From positions 87,314,051-87,378,050 of the forward strand of contig NC_068984.1 of assembly GCF_001194135.2 (NCBI RefSeq): a stretch of 64,000 nt of DNA, in the 5' to 3' direction. Positions 47,667 to 61,055 of this stretch are shown piece by piece. The DNA is from Octopus bimaculoides (Eukaryota). How positions within the stretch are numbered: position 1 is the first letter of the stretch; each line of letters opens with the position of its first letter. Position numbers and translations under genes: made by a program. Below the pieces are notes generated by a model, which was not told the origin of the DNA, searched no databases, and worked only from the letters and a program-made list of their open reading frames with translations.

Positions 47667-49369
47667 TATGTGTGTTTGTGTGTGTGTGTGTGTATACTCA
47701 CATGCATCTATTTGTATGAGTATGTTTATGCACCATGCGTCCATATAAGAGGTCCTCTCAAGGTAAATAACACAGCATCCGGTGTTCTAACACAACAACC
47801 ACTTTAAGTTGGATATAAAGATAGCTTTTTTGGTTTTAATACTGCTTTTGTCGCTTCGAAAATCAAGGTTATTCGTCAGAAATAGCTAAATTTGCCCTGT
47901 TTATTAGCTCTGTTAAGTCTACTCTGCAGGTTATATATATTACATCATATCATGATACGGTGTGGACTGAGATCCCCGTTGACAGGTCCCTGATATTAAA
48001 TAAAGTATTAACATTACGGTATGCAAATTAGTTGCCTCAATATCTTGTGGTTACTGAAATTTTGGAGGTGTATAAACAAATTGGCCGTTTGTTTCTCTGA
48101 GAGGAGTTAAACTGATATAGTCGCCTCTAATGAGAATCCAATAAGACTTGAAAATCGATTAAGGTTGTTTATAATGTTTTCAGTCTACGGGTCTACGGGA
48201 AAGTAGCTAAACTAGCCTTGTTTATAAATCTACTCTCTCTCTCTAAGCACATACGCACACACATTTACTGATTTCTATATCTTTTGCGTGTTCCCTCAAA
48301 CCCATACATACATATATACGTACACATGGATAAGCAGACAGATAGAAAGAAAATGAAGCTTCTTCCCCACCACATACACACTCTGAGACTCTAATCTATG
48401 CATTTAAGAGTTTGCTTTGTTTCTTCATCTTCTTCATTTTGTTTGATTTGGTGCCCTGGTAACATTGACATCAAAGGTGTGATCGATTTCTTCTTTTCCT
48501 TTCCTTTTCTTTTCTTTTTAATCGATCAACAATTATTTAAACGTATATGTCCTGTCCAAGTCATATCATATTTCAATATCCAAGGACTATTTTACAAGCT
48601 GAAACTTGCTAAATCTCCATCCAGTCGATTATAGAAACATCTTTGGTTGTTGGATCGGTATTTGTGATATTCATTCGTGACACAATACAGTGTTTGTTGT
48701 TGGCGAGCGAACCTGTGTATTTTAGTCGTCTTCGTGAATTATGCGCCACAAATCTTTGGTCTGAACCCTATTTTAAATCTTTAAGCCGCGAGAAAACTGG
48801 CAGTTAACAATGTCTTATGCTACATATCTGTTGGTTTTCCTATCATTTGGATTCAATTTTGTTGAGCCGCTTGGTAAGTTTTTAATACTTTAACGTTTGC
48901 TGGGATTGGGTGGTTTCTTTTTCTTGCATATTCTTCAATGTGGTGAATGTTACTTAATTTATTATGTTTTATTGATAATGTACACACACGCGCACGCGCA
49001 CACACAATCGTACTTATATATGTGCGCAAAACATGGAAGTTACAATGTGGGGAGGTAACAATTTGCCAGTGCTTTGTTTTTAACGAAGGCGGTTTAACTA
49101 ATTTTTTATTAAACATAAAATTATATCTATATTACCTTATTGTTACACATAAACGCAGTAAAATTCAAACATCTACACCATCAAGTGTTTTAACTCGAGC
49201 TTCGAAAACAACAAATGGTTACTTTATCTGTAGCTTTCTTATTAAATAATAATTTGAACACACCACACTTTATTCAGTATTTTTTTTAAAAATAATTCCT
49301 GATCAGTAAGGAGGGGCTAAAATTTTTCTATGTTAATAATACTATATGTATATCTATATGTATATATAT

Positions 49370-49790
49370 GATGGACTCCCCTGTCGGTTTCGACATATGA
49401 GGATCCAACAACCTACACTTCCTTCGTCAGTCATAACGTTTATGTCAAATGTAACATTTGAGTCCTACCAGCGATTTGTAAAGAAGTCCGCAGATGTTGC
49501 AAGTATGGAGATTACGGGTCAGTACAGGCGGTATATTTGCAACTGCTTTTCCCCTTTGCCTTACACCCATAAACATGTTAATGCTAGTTGAAACAAAATC
49601 TCTTATACTATTTTGACCGACGATCTCCATTTTTTTCGCTCTAAGGCTGTTTGCTCAAAGGTGTTGTGAGCTATATTGACTGCTGAGAGGTTACTTTTCA
49701 GCTTGTCCGGACGGTTTCTTTTCTTTCTCCAAATTGTGGTAATCATTGCAATCTTGTCTGCAAGATGCGGCTGAAAGCGCTATTTGGTCT
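49370..49790 (-). mobile_element. RTE-BovB-like LINE 3' end relic
   Basis: PDKLKSNLSAVNI..FEQTALERKKWR followed by the C2H2-like TCNICGLLYKSLVGLKCYI. Confidence 0.65.
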
Positions 49791-50639
49791 GGGGTGTACA
49801 ACCCGTTATTCACTCCTCCCCATCTTCTGCAGCTTAAACCCCAACCTTTTTCTTTCTTTTTCTTTGTTTCTTTGGTGAGGTAGTTAAGGTTTTTTTCCTC
49901 GGTAACTTTTATACTTTTAATGATTTTTCTCTTTCTTTTCTTCCTGTAAAAATATGTTGATAATAAACTTGCCTCTATTGTGAGCTAAACAAAATTTAAA
50001 ATAAAACCGCTGTGTTAGCATAAAAAAGATATACGAACTCATCTTGAGGTTTGTTGAAGAGACTTCAACTTTCTAGAATAACTACAGTCTCAGGAATATA
50101 GATAATTGTCTCTACGATCCAATATTATTAGTATAATCCACCAATACCAATATCTCGAAGATTATAGGCCTTGGCTTTGTCACAGAATTCTCTAAAAGGT
50201 ATGGCAGTTGTTACGCTAAGTTTTGACAATTTGTTATGGAAGTTGTTACTTAAGGACTTTATCACACTTCCATAAAAAGCAACAAAACTTGCTCCACATT
50301 TCTTAGACACACCTGGCTAAGTTTGGTGTCACTGCAAAGCCAACGTCTGCAAAAATTATGCGGCATGACTCGGCTTCTAGCGCTTCAGTAGAGACTGAGA
50401 ACAACATGAGTGAATGAGGAAGGAAAATAAGTATACATCGATCCACATGTATTTTCTTCTTTTACAATGCAACAGGACACTCCTCACCTACATTCTGAAA
50501 AATACTTTTTAGGTCTTCCTACCACTTAGATATTCAGTTATAGCTGGATAACAAGAGTGAAAGCGAGAGAGAGAGAGAGAGTGAGAGAGAGAGAGAAAGA
50601 GAGAGGATGGGAGAGAGAAAGCAATCTAGTTTCAATTTG

Positions 50640-51220
50640 GTATTATAAATTACAGTTGTTCTTATCGACGGATTCATAAAATTCCTGTGACTGTGTTGTC
50701 CTTCTAGCTGAGATACTGAAATAGTTGCACATACTGAGCACAATTCTCTCAATCTTATGTTCCATCTTTCCTGTAGCAAATCCTATTGAACTATACAAAA
50801 TACTACGTATATAATTTCCAGCAATAATGATATTGAACTGTTTTCAGTTTTTGAGAAACATTGTTGCATCTACATTTGCATTATCAGCAGTGTATACAGA
50901 CACTGGAGGCATCAGGTGTGGGTCTAAAGAGATATAAAAACTTGATATTTCTAATTTATTTAATGGCTGATTTGTTATTTTCTCTTGTTATTACTGTAAA
51001 AAAAATCAAGCTACACATAGTGCACTCCATTTTCAAAATGAAAGTATCGCAGAAGCATTTAGAAATACTTTGCGACGCCTTTGTTTGAAGCATCAGTTTT
51101 TACTGAAAAGAGCAAGCCACCCTCTTTGATATACCCTACATGCTTTTGTGCAGAATATGGTGCTAGAATATGATCACATAAAGATTTTATTTTTGTTTTC
51201 CTCCGGTGAGCTTTTCTCTG
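50640..51220 (-). mobile_element. hAT transposase relic
   Basis: LAPYS..FSVKTDASNKG..KYF*MLLRYFHFENGV..LDF and a YTADNANV-like motif (first catalytic D region of hAT). Confidence 0.55.
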
Positions 51221-51399
51221 TCAATGAGATACTGTATATTTCTTTGTCGATAATCTATATTTCAGTATGATTTGTGATGCGTCACAGCATGATACATATT
51301 ACAGTTTTGCATAAAAATTTTTTCTTATCTTGAGTTGATGGAGCTGGGGAGGAAAATGTGAATGATAACATTCCAACAATGCAAATGTTAACTTATATA

Positions 51400-52320
51400 T
51401 GGAGACGAGGGGCCTACCACAGCGACATCTCAGTCCCCCACAGACACTGACTCCCACTCTGAGTGCAATGGAGATGCGGAGCTCATCTAGACTGAGCAGA
51501 CCACTAATGTTGGCCACAGGCAGGACATCAATCCTGTCTTCCAAGAATTTTGCACTTGCAGAAAGTAGGCAACACCTTGAAAATTAATTAGATTGGTCAA
51601 AGAGGGAGTTGAAAGTGACACCTGAGCGTAGATTGTCCCATACTCTCTGCTTCCGTCTACCCGCAGCTGTATCAGGAAACTGAATCATTAAGTGGGCCCT
51701 GGTTCGGGTCAATATCAGTTCTGGAGCCGGCGGGATTATCCAGAAGTGATGGGAGGAGACCAGCTGGCCTTACCCTTTGTACCTGGGTAAGAGGTAGCTG
51801 CCTCATCTGGGACACTACTGTCTGTGACTCCTTTGCTCCCTCCCACATCCTGGATGCTGCTTCCGTAGCCGAATGAAACAAAATCCTGAAGTATCGGGAC
51901 CTGACAGTGAACCATTTCTTCCAGTCTGTGGCGTTTGAGATATTTGGAGGGGCTCGGTCACAAACAGCGAAGCTCTTATCATCGTTGACGGATTGCCTTA
52001 CTGAGGTGTCACTCGTGAGGGTGTTTGGCTATGTCACCGCCTCACCATTGCCCGTGGTAATTCGCGAGCGTGCTGGTTTGCTTCACTAGGTTCCGTTGAA
52101 CCTTGTGTGCGACCGATTCAGGCACTTGGTGCTGAATTGATGTCTTTTTTCTCTTTTCTTCTTTCTTTCTTCCTTCCTCTCTTTCTTTTTTTTCTTTTCT
52201 CCTCTTTCTTTCTTCCTTCGTTCATGTTTGTGTTTTCTTCGGTTTTAGATTTGTATTTTTAATGTGGCATTGTATTATATATGTATCGTATACATACGTG
52301 TTGTATTCCAATAAAAAATT
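51400..52320 (+). mobile_element. CRE-like (RLE) non-LTR retrotransposon 3' fragment with inverted 5' segment
   Basis: Plus strand 51700-52110 encodes LEPAGLSRSDGRRPAGLT..LIWDTTVCD..KY..FQSVAFE (RLE), followed by a pyrimidine-rich UTR and AATAAA at 52310. Minus strand 51692-51400 encodes KQRVWD..RISIALRVG..CRCG. Confidence 0.8.
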
Positions 52321-52859
52321 ATCACGTCATTCAACTGTACTTTTTTCCTTTCTGTTTTTAGCAATAAATCCAAAAGCGTTGGTCAATTGATTAAGTATAA
52401 TCTTTGTTTTCAGCATTTCCTTGGGGGCATGAAACAGCAAAATAATAATCAACCATTCTCCACTGATACAACAGGCAAACTTTCCTCTCATTTGGCTTGA
52501 CAACATGAACTGTATAATGAGGAGAGGTAGCGAGTTGCCGGTATTTTGTTAAAAAACAAATTGATATAACATACCGTTACACTTTAACTCATTTTGTGTT
52601 TTTATAAAGCTGCGTTTACCTCATTTTGGTGTTATATATAAAGGCAGCAAAATTCAACTATTTGCACCATCAAACGTTTTAATCAACTCGGATAAGATCC
52701 TCATTGTTTTATGTATATAGGGCACTTAAGATATTTGAGGACAGATTTATGTTTATAAAAAAAGAACAGATATATAATAACAGATAATAACTTTATTCCT
52801 CAAAAAGTGCTATGAGGATAAAAATAAACCTTCTTTTCTATAATGTTATTCAATAAAGC

Positions 52860-53185
52860 CACTTTCAGCTTCAAAAACTGTTTCTGCATGAGATCTAAAT
52901 CATCAACATGCTCGAATCAAAAGGTCCTGGTTCATTTTTGACATTGCTCTGACTATGGCAGTTTTCAAAGAATCTTTGGTGTTATGGGCGTGTTCATTGA
53001 CCTCTCTCTCAACTACGCTCCACATGTAATAGTGCAATAGATTGAGAGCTGGGGAATTAGGAGGCCAAGTGTTAGGGGTTATGTGATCATGAAAATTTTC
53101 AGCCATCCATTCCTGTGTTACTAGAGCCATGTGTGATAGTGCAGAGTCTTACTAAAACACATATGGCCTCCCATTGCATACACTG
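52860..53185 (-). mobile_element. Tc1/mariner superfamily (maT/DD37D-like) transposase C-terminal relic
   Basis: QDSA.SHMA..TQEW..WPPNSPALNLLHYYMWSVVE..HNTKDSLKTAI. Confidence 0.8.
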
Positions 53186-54015
53186 TCTATCCAGGGCTTA
53201 ACAATTATTTCTGAGACTAAAACAATAATTGAATGTATGACATTTACCTAATTTGCCAAATTTAAGATTCATTATTTTTCTAAGTACTACTATGCTCTTA
53301 TGCGCATAGAATTCATCCCTGTAACTAAAAACGTTTCTCATTCCTGTTCGATGTCATCACAACATCTGTTAGAAATAAAAGCTGAATCTCCCTCGAATTA
53401 CATCCTACCGTTTTAAAAAACAAAAGAGAAAGAAATATATCAAAGAATTCAAATATTTATTGAGAAATGTTCTCCCTTAAAACTCCTGTTTTCAGTTAGT
53501 TATACTGTGTGTGTGAACATCTCTTAGGCGAGTGAGATAAGCCTCTATAGCATCAAACACACAATGACCATTGATGCACATACTGAAGAACATACCAATA
53601 ATTATTTATTAAATAATGTCTGGGAATCCGTTACCTTTATAGGCTTCTTTTGATTGATCTATGAAATCTATTTCATATTTACTTATTGCTATGAAATAAG
53701 TAAGTATAAAATAGATTCTCCCCTTTTCAAACGAAAGTGTATAGACCAGTCAAAAAGATACATTTGCGAATGTAGCCCTCGAAATACAAAAGTTTAAGAT
53801 GGTCACAAATGGAATGCCTTCGATCATAGGTCTGGTTTTTGTATAAACAATAATTATTTTCACCGTGATATCACGAAACTATTCACTCTCATATTCAATT
53901 CACAAGGAAGACTCAAGCCATTACACTCAACTAACACTCTGCTCACGTTACCTTATACAGCGGAGGCATAACGAGTTCAACAATAATAAACAAGTCTAGG
54001 CGCATCATTTTAACC

Positions 54016-55721
54016 TTTAGTAGAAAGTGGGTTATACATCTTTAGATTGTATACCTGACTTCCTACTATAAAATTAAAGAATATAACAGAACGCTGAACT
54101 CCAGACTATCAACTTAAACAACACTTTATTTAGGTGGTAAATATATAAATCTTTAGTTCTTTAGTGGTTACAGCTTCTGTGTGTATGAGCATAGTTGTTG
54201 GGACGTTGTTCTGTAGTTGTGAGCGAGCTGTCGAGTGTAAGTCCGAAAGATGTAGAGAGACAGCTTAAACACACGTCCATGCTCAATCGCTGGCCAGCGA
54301 GAAAGAGAATGAATTGAGCGGGAAACGCTTGCTTGTTTAATTCCACGCATGCGTAAGACTACGCATGCGCATGCGTTACTACAGAGCTCCCTTGCCAGTG
54401 CGGAAACGCACGATAAATGAAATCTGTTAGAACGCCTGAGGCAGGATGGCCACTGAAAAACCACCCACAAGATGTGGTACAAACACACACAAAGAAAATT
54501 CAAAGAAATTAAATGTACACTTGTGAAATACATGCATGCNNNNNNNNNNNNNNNNNNNNNNNNNNNNNNNNNNNNNNNNNNNNNNNNNNNNNNNNNNNNN
54601 NNNNNNNNNNNNNNNNNNNNNNNNNNNNNNNNNNNNNNNNNNNNNNNNNNNNNNNNNNNNNNNNNNNNNNNNNNNNNNNNNNNNNNNNNNNNNNNNNNNN
54701 NNNNNNNNNNNNNNNNNNNNNNNNNNNNNNNNNNNNNNNNNNNNNNNNNNNNNNNNNNNNNNNNNNNNNNNNNNNNNNNNNNNNNNNNNNNNNNNNNNNN
54801 NNNNNNNNNNNNNNNNNNNNNNNNNNNNNNNNNNNNNNNNNNNNNNNNNNNNNNNNNNNNNNNNNNNNNNNNNNNNNNNNNNNNNNNNNNNNNNNNNNNN
54901 NNNNNNNNNNNNNNNNNNNNNNNNNNNNNNNNNNNNNNNNNNNNNNNNNNNNNNNNNNNNNNNNNNNNNNNNNNNNNNNNNNNNNNNNNNNNNTAGCGAA
55001 AACCTCGAAGAAAAATTTTCTTAACCCAAGATGAAAGAACGACCGTGCGAAATGAATAACAAGAGTTATTGTGTGGCATAAAATATGTATGTATATGTGA
55101 GAGTGTGAAATGCGACATATAAAAACATAAAAAACAGGCCGTAAATCCTGTCTGTTTTTCGTGAGTGGAAAAAAATCCACTCTAACAGAGGCGAGAATAA
55201 AAACCGCTCTTGTTGAGTCGTCTTGACTATGGTTGGAGATGTTGGTAATCCGTAGTTCAGTCTCCATGGCCGTATTTGTTCTTTGGTCGGGTTCACCAGT
55301 TATAAGTTGGTAGTCCAGAGTCCATGCTGCGTTTTTTCTTCGTCGGGGGTCACCACTTTAGCAGAAAGTGGGTTATACATCTTTAGATTGTATACATGAC
55401 TTTCTACTATAAAATTAAAGAATACAACGGAACGCTGAACTCCAGACTATCAACTCAAACACTTTATTTAGGTGGTAAATATATAAATCTTTAGTTCTTT
55501 AGTTGTTACAGCTTCTGTGTGTATGAGCATAGTTGTTGGGACGTTGTTCTGTAGTTGTGAGCGAGCTGTCGAGTGTAAGTCCGAAAGATGTAGAGAGACA
55601 GCTTAAACACACGTCCATGCTCAATCGCTGGCCAGCGAGAAAGAGAATGAATTGAGCGGGAAACGCTTGCTTGTTTAATTCCACGCAAGCGTAAGACTAC
55701 GCATGCGCAGGCGTTACTACA
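54016..55721 (-). mobile_element. Non-autonomous LTR element (TRIM-like), copy 2, tRNA-Trp PBS
   Basis: LTRs at 54016-54383 and 55357-55721 (about 10 differences by eye); TSD AACC at 54012-54015 and 55722-55725. PBS at 55341-55355, second degenerate PBS at 55286-55298, and a short purine tract (GGCAAGGGAG, minus) before the 3' LTR. Confidence 0.92.
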
Positions 55722-55725
55722 AACC

Positions 55726-56590
55726 CTTTAGTGTACAAAGACAACACTTTAAGAATTTGCAATTCTCGAATGGAGTATCACAAGGTACTCTAACCTACTT
55801 TTTTTTGTTAACCTATATAAATAGGACTTTCAAACACCTCAGAACATACAATCTCATACATATACAGATGTCTTTACATCCTTTCACAATTCATAATATA
55901 CAACAGGATTGAATGAATTGATATGCTCATCCGCGTGATTTAGGAGCGGGTTTTAGAAGATCCTTAACCCTACAAAAATCACGGAAACCAGGTTCGACAG
56001 CAACAGACTTAGCCGTTGAAAGTTAGTTTTAAAATATTTTATATTAATACCTACCAAATCCACTGTTTCCCTTCTTACCAGTAACACCTGAGAACTTCAA
56101 ATACAACCAGACTTCACATCCAACAACATAAATGTGCCACCACCAGACAAACTACGAGGACTTGTACGCAACACCGAATTCCTATCGCACATAAAAAGCA
56201 TTATAAATGAAAGCAAAACAATGCCCAAACATACTTAGAGTAATCATAGGGACTATGTGCGACCGACAGAAGATCTAGCGTGGATTATAAAACTGCTCAA
56301 ATAATTACAGGGTGTAGAAATACCTTACCTACAGACTATTTATACAATGAAACAAAAAATCATTAAAACTAAAATACTACTTGAATATACAATGGGCATA
56401 GATTGTTGCTACAGCAAACTGCAATCCTGACTGTCCCAACTGCAAAAATGAAAAATTACACCTAATGCACATCTACAATACCCCGGATACACCCATGCAC
56501 ATCTACAATACCCCGGATCAATTATCCGGTACGAAATGGCAATGAATTCTACACACTACTCAAATCACACTACTCATTTAAATAAAAAAA
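55726..56590 (+). mobile_element. Old LINE relic (RT and C-terminal Cys motif, A-rich end), target of LTR copy 2
   Basis: NGVSQG, a YTD-like motif, CPNC..H, and AATAAAAAAAAAA at about 56581. Confidence 0.4.
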
Positions 56591-57759
56591 AAAGGTTCTA
56601 TTAAACCATTAGGTCTTTGATATATACAAAAATGACGGATGATCATACTGGACTCCTTTGAGTTGCTTAAACAGGACTAACATGGAGTTGAATAACAACA
56701 ACACTCTTTCTCCCCCCCCCCCACACCCCAGCCTGAACAAACAAAACACATAAAGAAATAGTTGTGTAACCAGGATATAGAGAAGCCTCAAACAACGTGG
56801 AGGGATACACACCACCAATGTTAAGTGTCGCACTTTGATCAAAGTACAAGTTGTTCGCCTCCGCCGTGTTCACCATCAAAATCTGCAATCATGCAGAAGC
56901 AGACTGTCTAGCGGAGAATGTTCAACATATTAAGACTGTTCTAGGAGCGCATATGCTACTGTAATTAGGTTGACGATGGCACATGACTGTAACAACATAT
57001 TTGTGGATCACACCTAGTCTTTTCGGTTGATTACGTAAATACTACAATCAGAGCTTTCCTAGGGTTATACAATAAGAACAATAACACATCGTGTCTTTAA
57101 AATTTAATTGCCAAGAAGTTTTTTTGTGATTATTGCTGCTTAAAGATTATAAAAATATTTAAGATTTTGTAATTATTGTAAAATTCTGTAATAATATTCC
57201 TTTTCACAATATATGCATGCCACATTTTTTATTCTAATATTTCTACTGGGTGGCCTTCTTTCATCATTTACGAATTAATAGGTATTTTTCTTTTAATAGG
57301 TGAGAAGTTAGTGAGGTGCTTCTAAATTAGTGATATCGATGGCGTTACTGTTCAATTTGAACAGCCGGAGGGATTTTTCGGAGTTTAGTGCGAGATGTGT
57401 GTGTGGTGAAATAAGGCATAGCCAAAGTAAAACCCTGTAGTTATGCCGTGAAATATAGTAGGGAGGGAAAAAGACGGGTGTATCGAGTAGCACTATGGAG
57501 AGAAAATGTGTAGCAGGCAGAAATCGTTGTATGAGCGATAAAAGAAGCACAATGAGGATATCCCGCGTCTGCGCGTCAGGAATTAATGTATAATGGTAAG
57601 TGAATGTTTGCCAATAAGTCAGTCTTCTTTTGAGTGGAATATGATGCACATCTATATAACTAAGAATGCCAATATATAACAGAATCTAACTTTTGTAAAC
57701 ATAAAGCAAGGGCAAGGGTATAATTGAAAGCATACTTTCTCGGTAAAATTACTCTATAA

Positions 57760-59540
57760 TACTTAACTTAGATAACTTAACATAGATTGGTTTCGGCCAT
57801 TATTGGCCCAGGCCATGACTAACTCAATAGCACCAACTGGCACGGACCAGTTAAGCAAAAAAGTTGTTGTTGGCTGAAACGTATCCAGGTGTAGGTGATT
57901 TATTCGGTATTTCCTAGAGGAATTTGTCCTGGTACCGTTTGAAAGTTGTAGCGTCTTTTTCTACTTTAATTTCTTTCGGGATAGCATTGAAAAGAACAAG
58001 ACCATTTGCAGTGAAGGAATTGTGCCGCAATGTTTTTATGTGATGTGGTCTCGACCTTTGTAGGGGATGCATTGCACGGGGACCTAGACTTTGGTGAATT
58101 GTAAACTTAATATCGATATCATTTGGATAAAATTGGTGGAATATTTTCCACTTGGTGCAAATAACGTATCGTTCACAGCGGCGTTGCAGAGAATAGAGTT
58201 TCAGTTGTTTAAGCTGAGCTTAATAATCAAGTCCCGTCATGACATTTACTTTTTTAGTGATTGATCTTTGTGGTGCTTCGATCCTCATTATGTCTTGTTT
58301 TTTGTAGGGAGACCACAATGGGCGGCAGTATTCGAGGTGGGGGTCTAGCGAATGTGGAGAAGACAAGGATGATGGTTTCATGATCCCTATATTGTAAAGT
58401 TCTGAGGATCCATGAGCACATTCTGCAGGTAACATCGACTTTTTTGTTGATGTGCACACTCCAGTTAAGGTTGCTGTCGACAGTTACACCTAAGTCTCTG
58501 GTATTATCCAACGGTTCAAATAGGTCTCCCGGCGGTAGTGTATATGGTTGTTTGAGTGTGCCCTCTTTTCCAAAGTGGATGACCTCACATTTTTCTTCGG
58601 TCAGCTGCATATTGTTTTTGTGTGCCCACTGGGTTAGTGCGCATAAGTCCCTTAATGACTTTCTGAAGCTTAGAGTCATCTGCCAATATTTTAATGGTGC
58701 TACGTTCAATGGAATCTGCAATGTTATTGATATAGACAATAAAAAGAAGTGGACCCAGCACAGTACTTTGCGGGACTCCGCTGAAAACTTTTGCTGGTCT
58801 TGAGTGAATGCTATCAACCACAACATGCTGGGTCCTGTTTGTTAGGGAATACTTAATCCATTGAAGTAACTTTCCACCGACTCCAGTGTTGGATAGGTTC
58901 CTTAACAGTATATTGTGGTCGACTCTGTCAAAGGCCTTGCTGAAATCAAGGTATATGACATCTGTGTTCGAGCCCTCACTTAGTGCATTTAAGATATCAT
59001 CAAAGTGGTGGAGGAGCTGTGTTAGACAGTTCCTCCCACCATGAAAGTCATGCTGGTTGAAAATTAGATGATTTTGCTCTAGGAAGGGTGTTATTCTTGA
59101 TCTCAACACTCTCATAAATATTTTGATGATACGTGAGGTTAGTGAGAATGGACAGTAGTTTACTGGGAGCGATTTATTGCCTTTTTAAAGATAGGAACAA
59201 CTGACTGGGAGAGGAGGTTTTGAGAGATAAAACCGGCATCCAGTGATTTCCGCCAGAGATTTGCAAGAGGAGCTGCAAGTTGCTGTCTGCATACCTTCAG
59301 CACTCTAGCAGGGAACCTGTCAGCACCCACTGGTGAATCAGATTTGATTTCTTTTATTGCTGCTAGGATGTCAGTAGCGTCGAAGGTTATGTCGGAAAGG
59401 ACATGCTGAGGAGTCAAAGAAGCAAAGCTGCTTGAGTCAACTGAATCAGGGTCACTGAAAAAAAGAGCAGAATTGACTTTGCAGCATCTCAGCCATGTCT
59501 TTGGCAAAACTGTGAAGGAAGCCGTTTCTGTCAACCAAAT
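57760..59540 (-). mobile_element. CR1/L2-type LINE ORF2 (reverse transcriptase) relic
   Basis: DVIYLDFSKAFDRVDH, SGVPQSTVLGPLLFIVYIN, LADDSK, RDLGV, RP.LEYC..WSP; frameshifted. Confidence 0.95.
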
Positions 59541-60433
59541 TTTATCTTTTTTTTTTTTCGAAGACTAAAGAAAATAAATTTGAAGGGAAATATTACTTTC
59601 AAATTTTAGCACAAGATAAATNNNNNNNNNNNNNNNNNNNNNNNNNNNNNNNNNNNNNNNNNNNNNNNNNNNNNNNNNNNNNNNNNNNNNNNNNNNNNNN
59701 NNNNNNNNNNNNNNNNNNNNNNNNNNNNNNNNNNNNNNNNNNNNNNNNNNNNNNNNNNNNNNNNNNNNNNNNNNNNNNNNNNNNNNNNNNNNNNNNNNNN
59801 NNNNNNNNNNNNNNNNNNNNNNNNNNNNNNNNNNNNNNNNNNNNNNNNNNNNNNNNNNNNNNNNNNNNNNNNNNNNNNNNNNNNNNNNNNNNNNNNNNNN
59901 NNNNNNNNNNNNNNNNNNNNNNNNNNNNNNNNNNNNNNNNNNNNNNNNNNNNNNNNNNNNNNNNNNNNNNNNNNNNNNNNNNNNNNNNNNNNNNNNNNNN
60001 NNNNNNNNNNNNNNNNNNNNNNNNNNNNNNNNNNNNNNNNNNNNNNNNNNNNNNNNNNNNNNNNNNNNNNNNNNNNNNNNNNNNNNNNNNNNNNNNNNNN
60101 NNNNNNNNNNNNNNNNNNNNNNNNNNNNNNNNNNNNNNNNNNNNNNNNNNNNNNNNNNNNNNNNNNNNNNNNNNNNNNNNNNNNNNNNNNNNNNNNNNNN
60201 NNNNNNNNNNNNNNNNNNNNNNNNNNNNNNNNNNNNNNNNNNNNNNNNNNNNNNNNNNNNNNNNNNNNNNNNNNNNNNNNNNNNNNNNNNNNNNNNNNNN
60301 NNNNNNNNNNNNNNNNNNNNNNNNNNNNNNNNNNNNNNNNNNNNNNNNNNNNNNNNNNNNNNNNNNNNNNNNNNNNNNNNNNNNNNNNNNNNNNNNNNNN
60401 NNNNNNNNNNNNNNNNNNNNNNNNNNNNNNNNC

Positions 60434-60781
60434 AGTAGACTCGCGGTTTCGATTCCCAGACCGGGCGTTGTGAGTGTTTATTAAGTGAAAACACCTAAAG
60501 CTCCACGAGGCTCCGGCAGGGAATGGTGGCGAACCCTGCTGTACTCTTTCACCACAACTTTCTCTCACTCTTTCTTCCTGTTTCTGTTGTGCCTGTAATT
60601 CAAAGGGTCAGCCTTGTCACAGTGTGTCACGCTGAATATCCCCGAGAACTACGTTAAGGGTACACGTGTCTGTGGAGTGCTCAGCCACTTGCACGTTAAT
60701 TTCACGAGCAGGCTGTTCCATTGATCGGATCAACTGGAACCCTCGACGTCGTAAGCGACGGAGTGCCAACAACAACAACAA
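60434..60781 (+). mobile_element. SINE family B (5' end lost in gap), (AAC)n tail
   Basis: Reverse complement of 12184-12562; ends GAGTGCCAACAACAACAAC. Confidence 0.9.
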
Positions 60782-60879
60782 TGTATCAGTGTTACAATCT
60801 AGAAGAAACTAAAGTATATAAACAAAGGTATCCATTAATATGATGTAGGGAAACCAAAAAAAATAGTTCATAGTTCGTG

Positions 60880-61055
60880 GTTCACTATTTCGTCCCTCTT
60901 TACGTTCTGGGTTCAACATTCCGCTGAGGTCGACTTTGCCTTTCATCCTTTCAAGGTCGATAAAATAGGAACCAGGATAAAATAGGAACTGGGGTCGATG
61001 TAATCGACTTATCCCCTCCCTTAAATTGCTAGCTTTGTGCCAAATATTGAAACCA
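60880..61055 (+). mobile_element. SINE fragment with Deu/Nin-like domain (family D)
   Basis: GAGGTCGACTTTGCCTTTCATCCTTTC..GTCGATAAAAT..CTGGGGTCGATGTAATCGAC. Confidence 0.7.
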
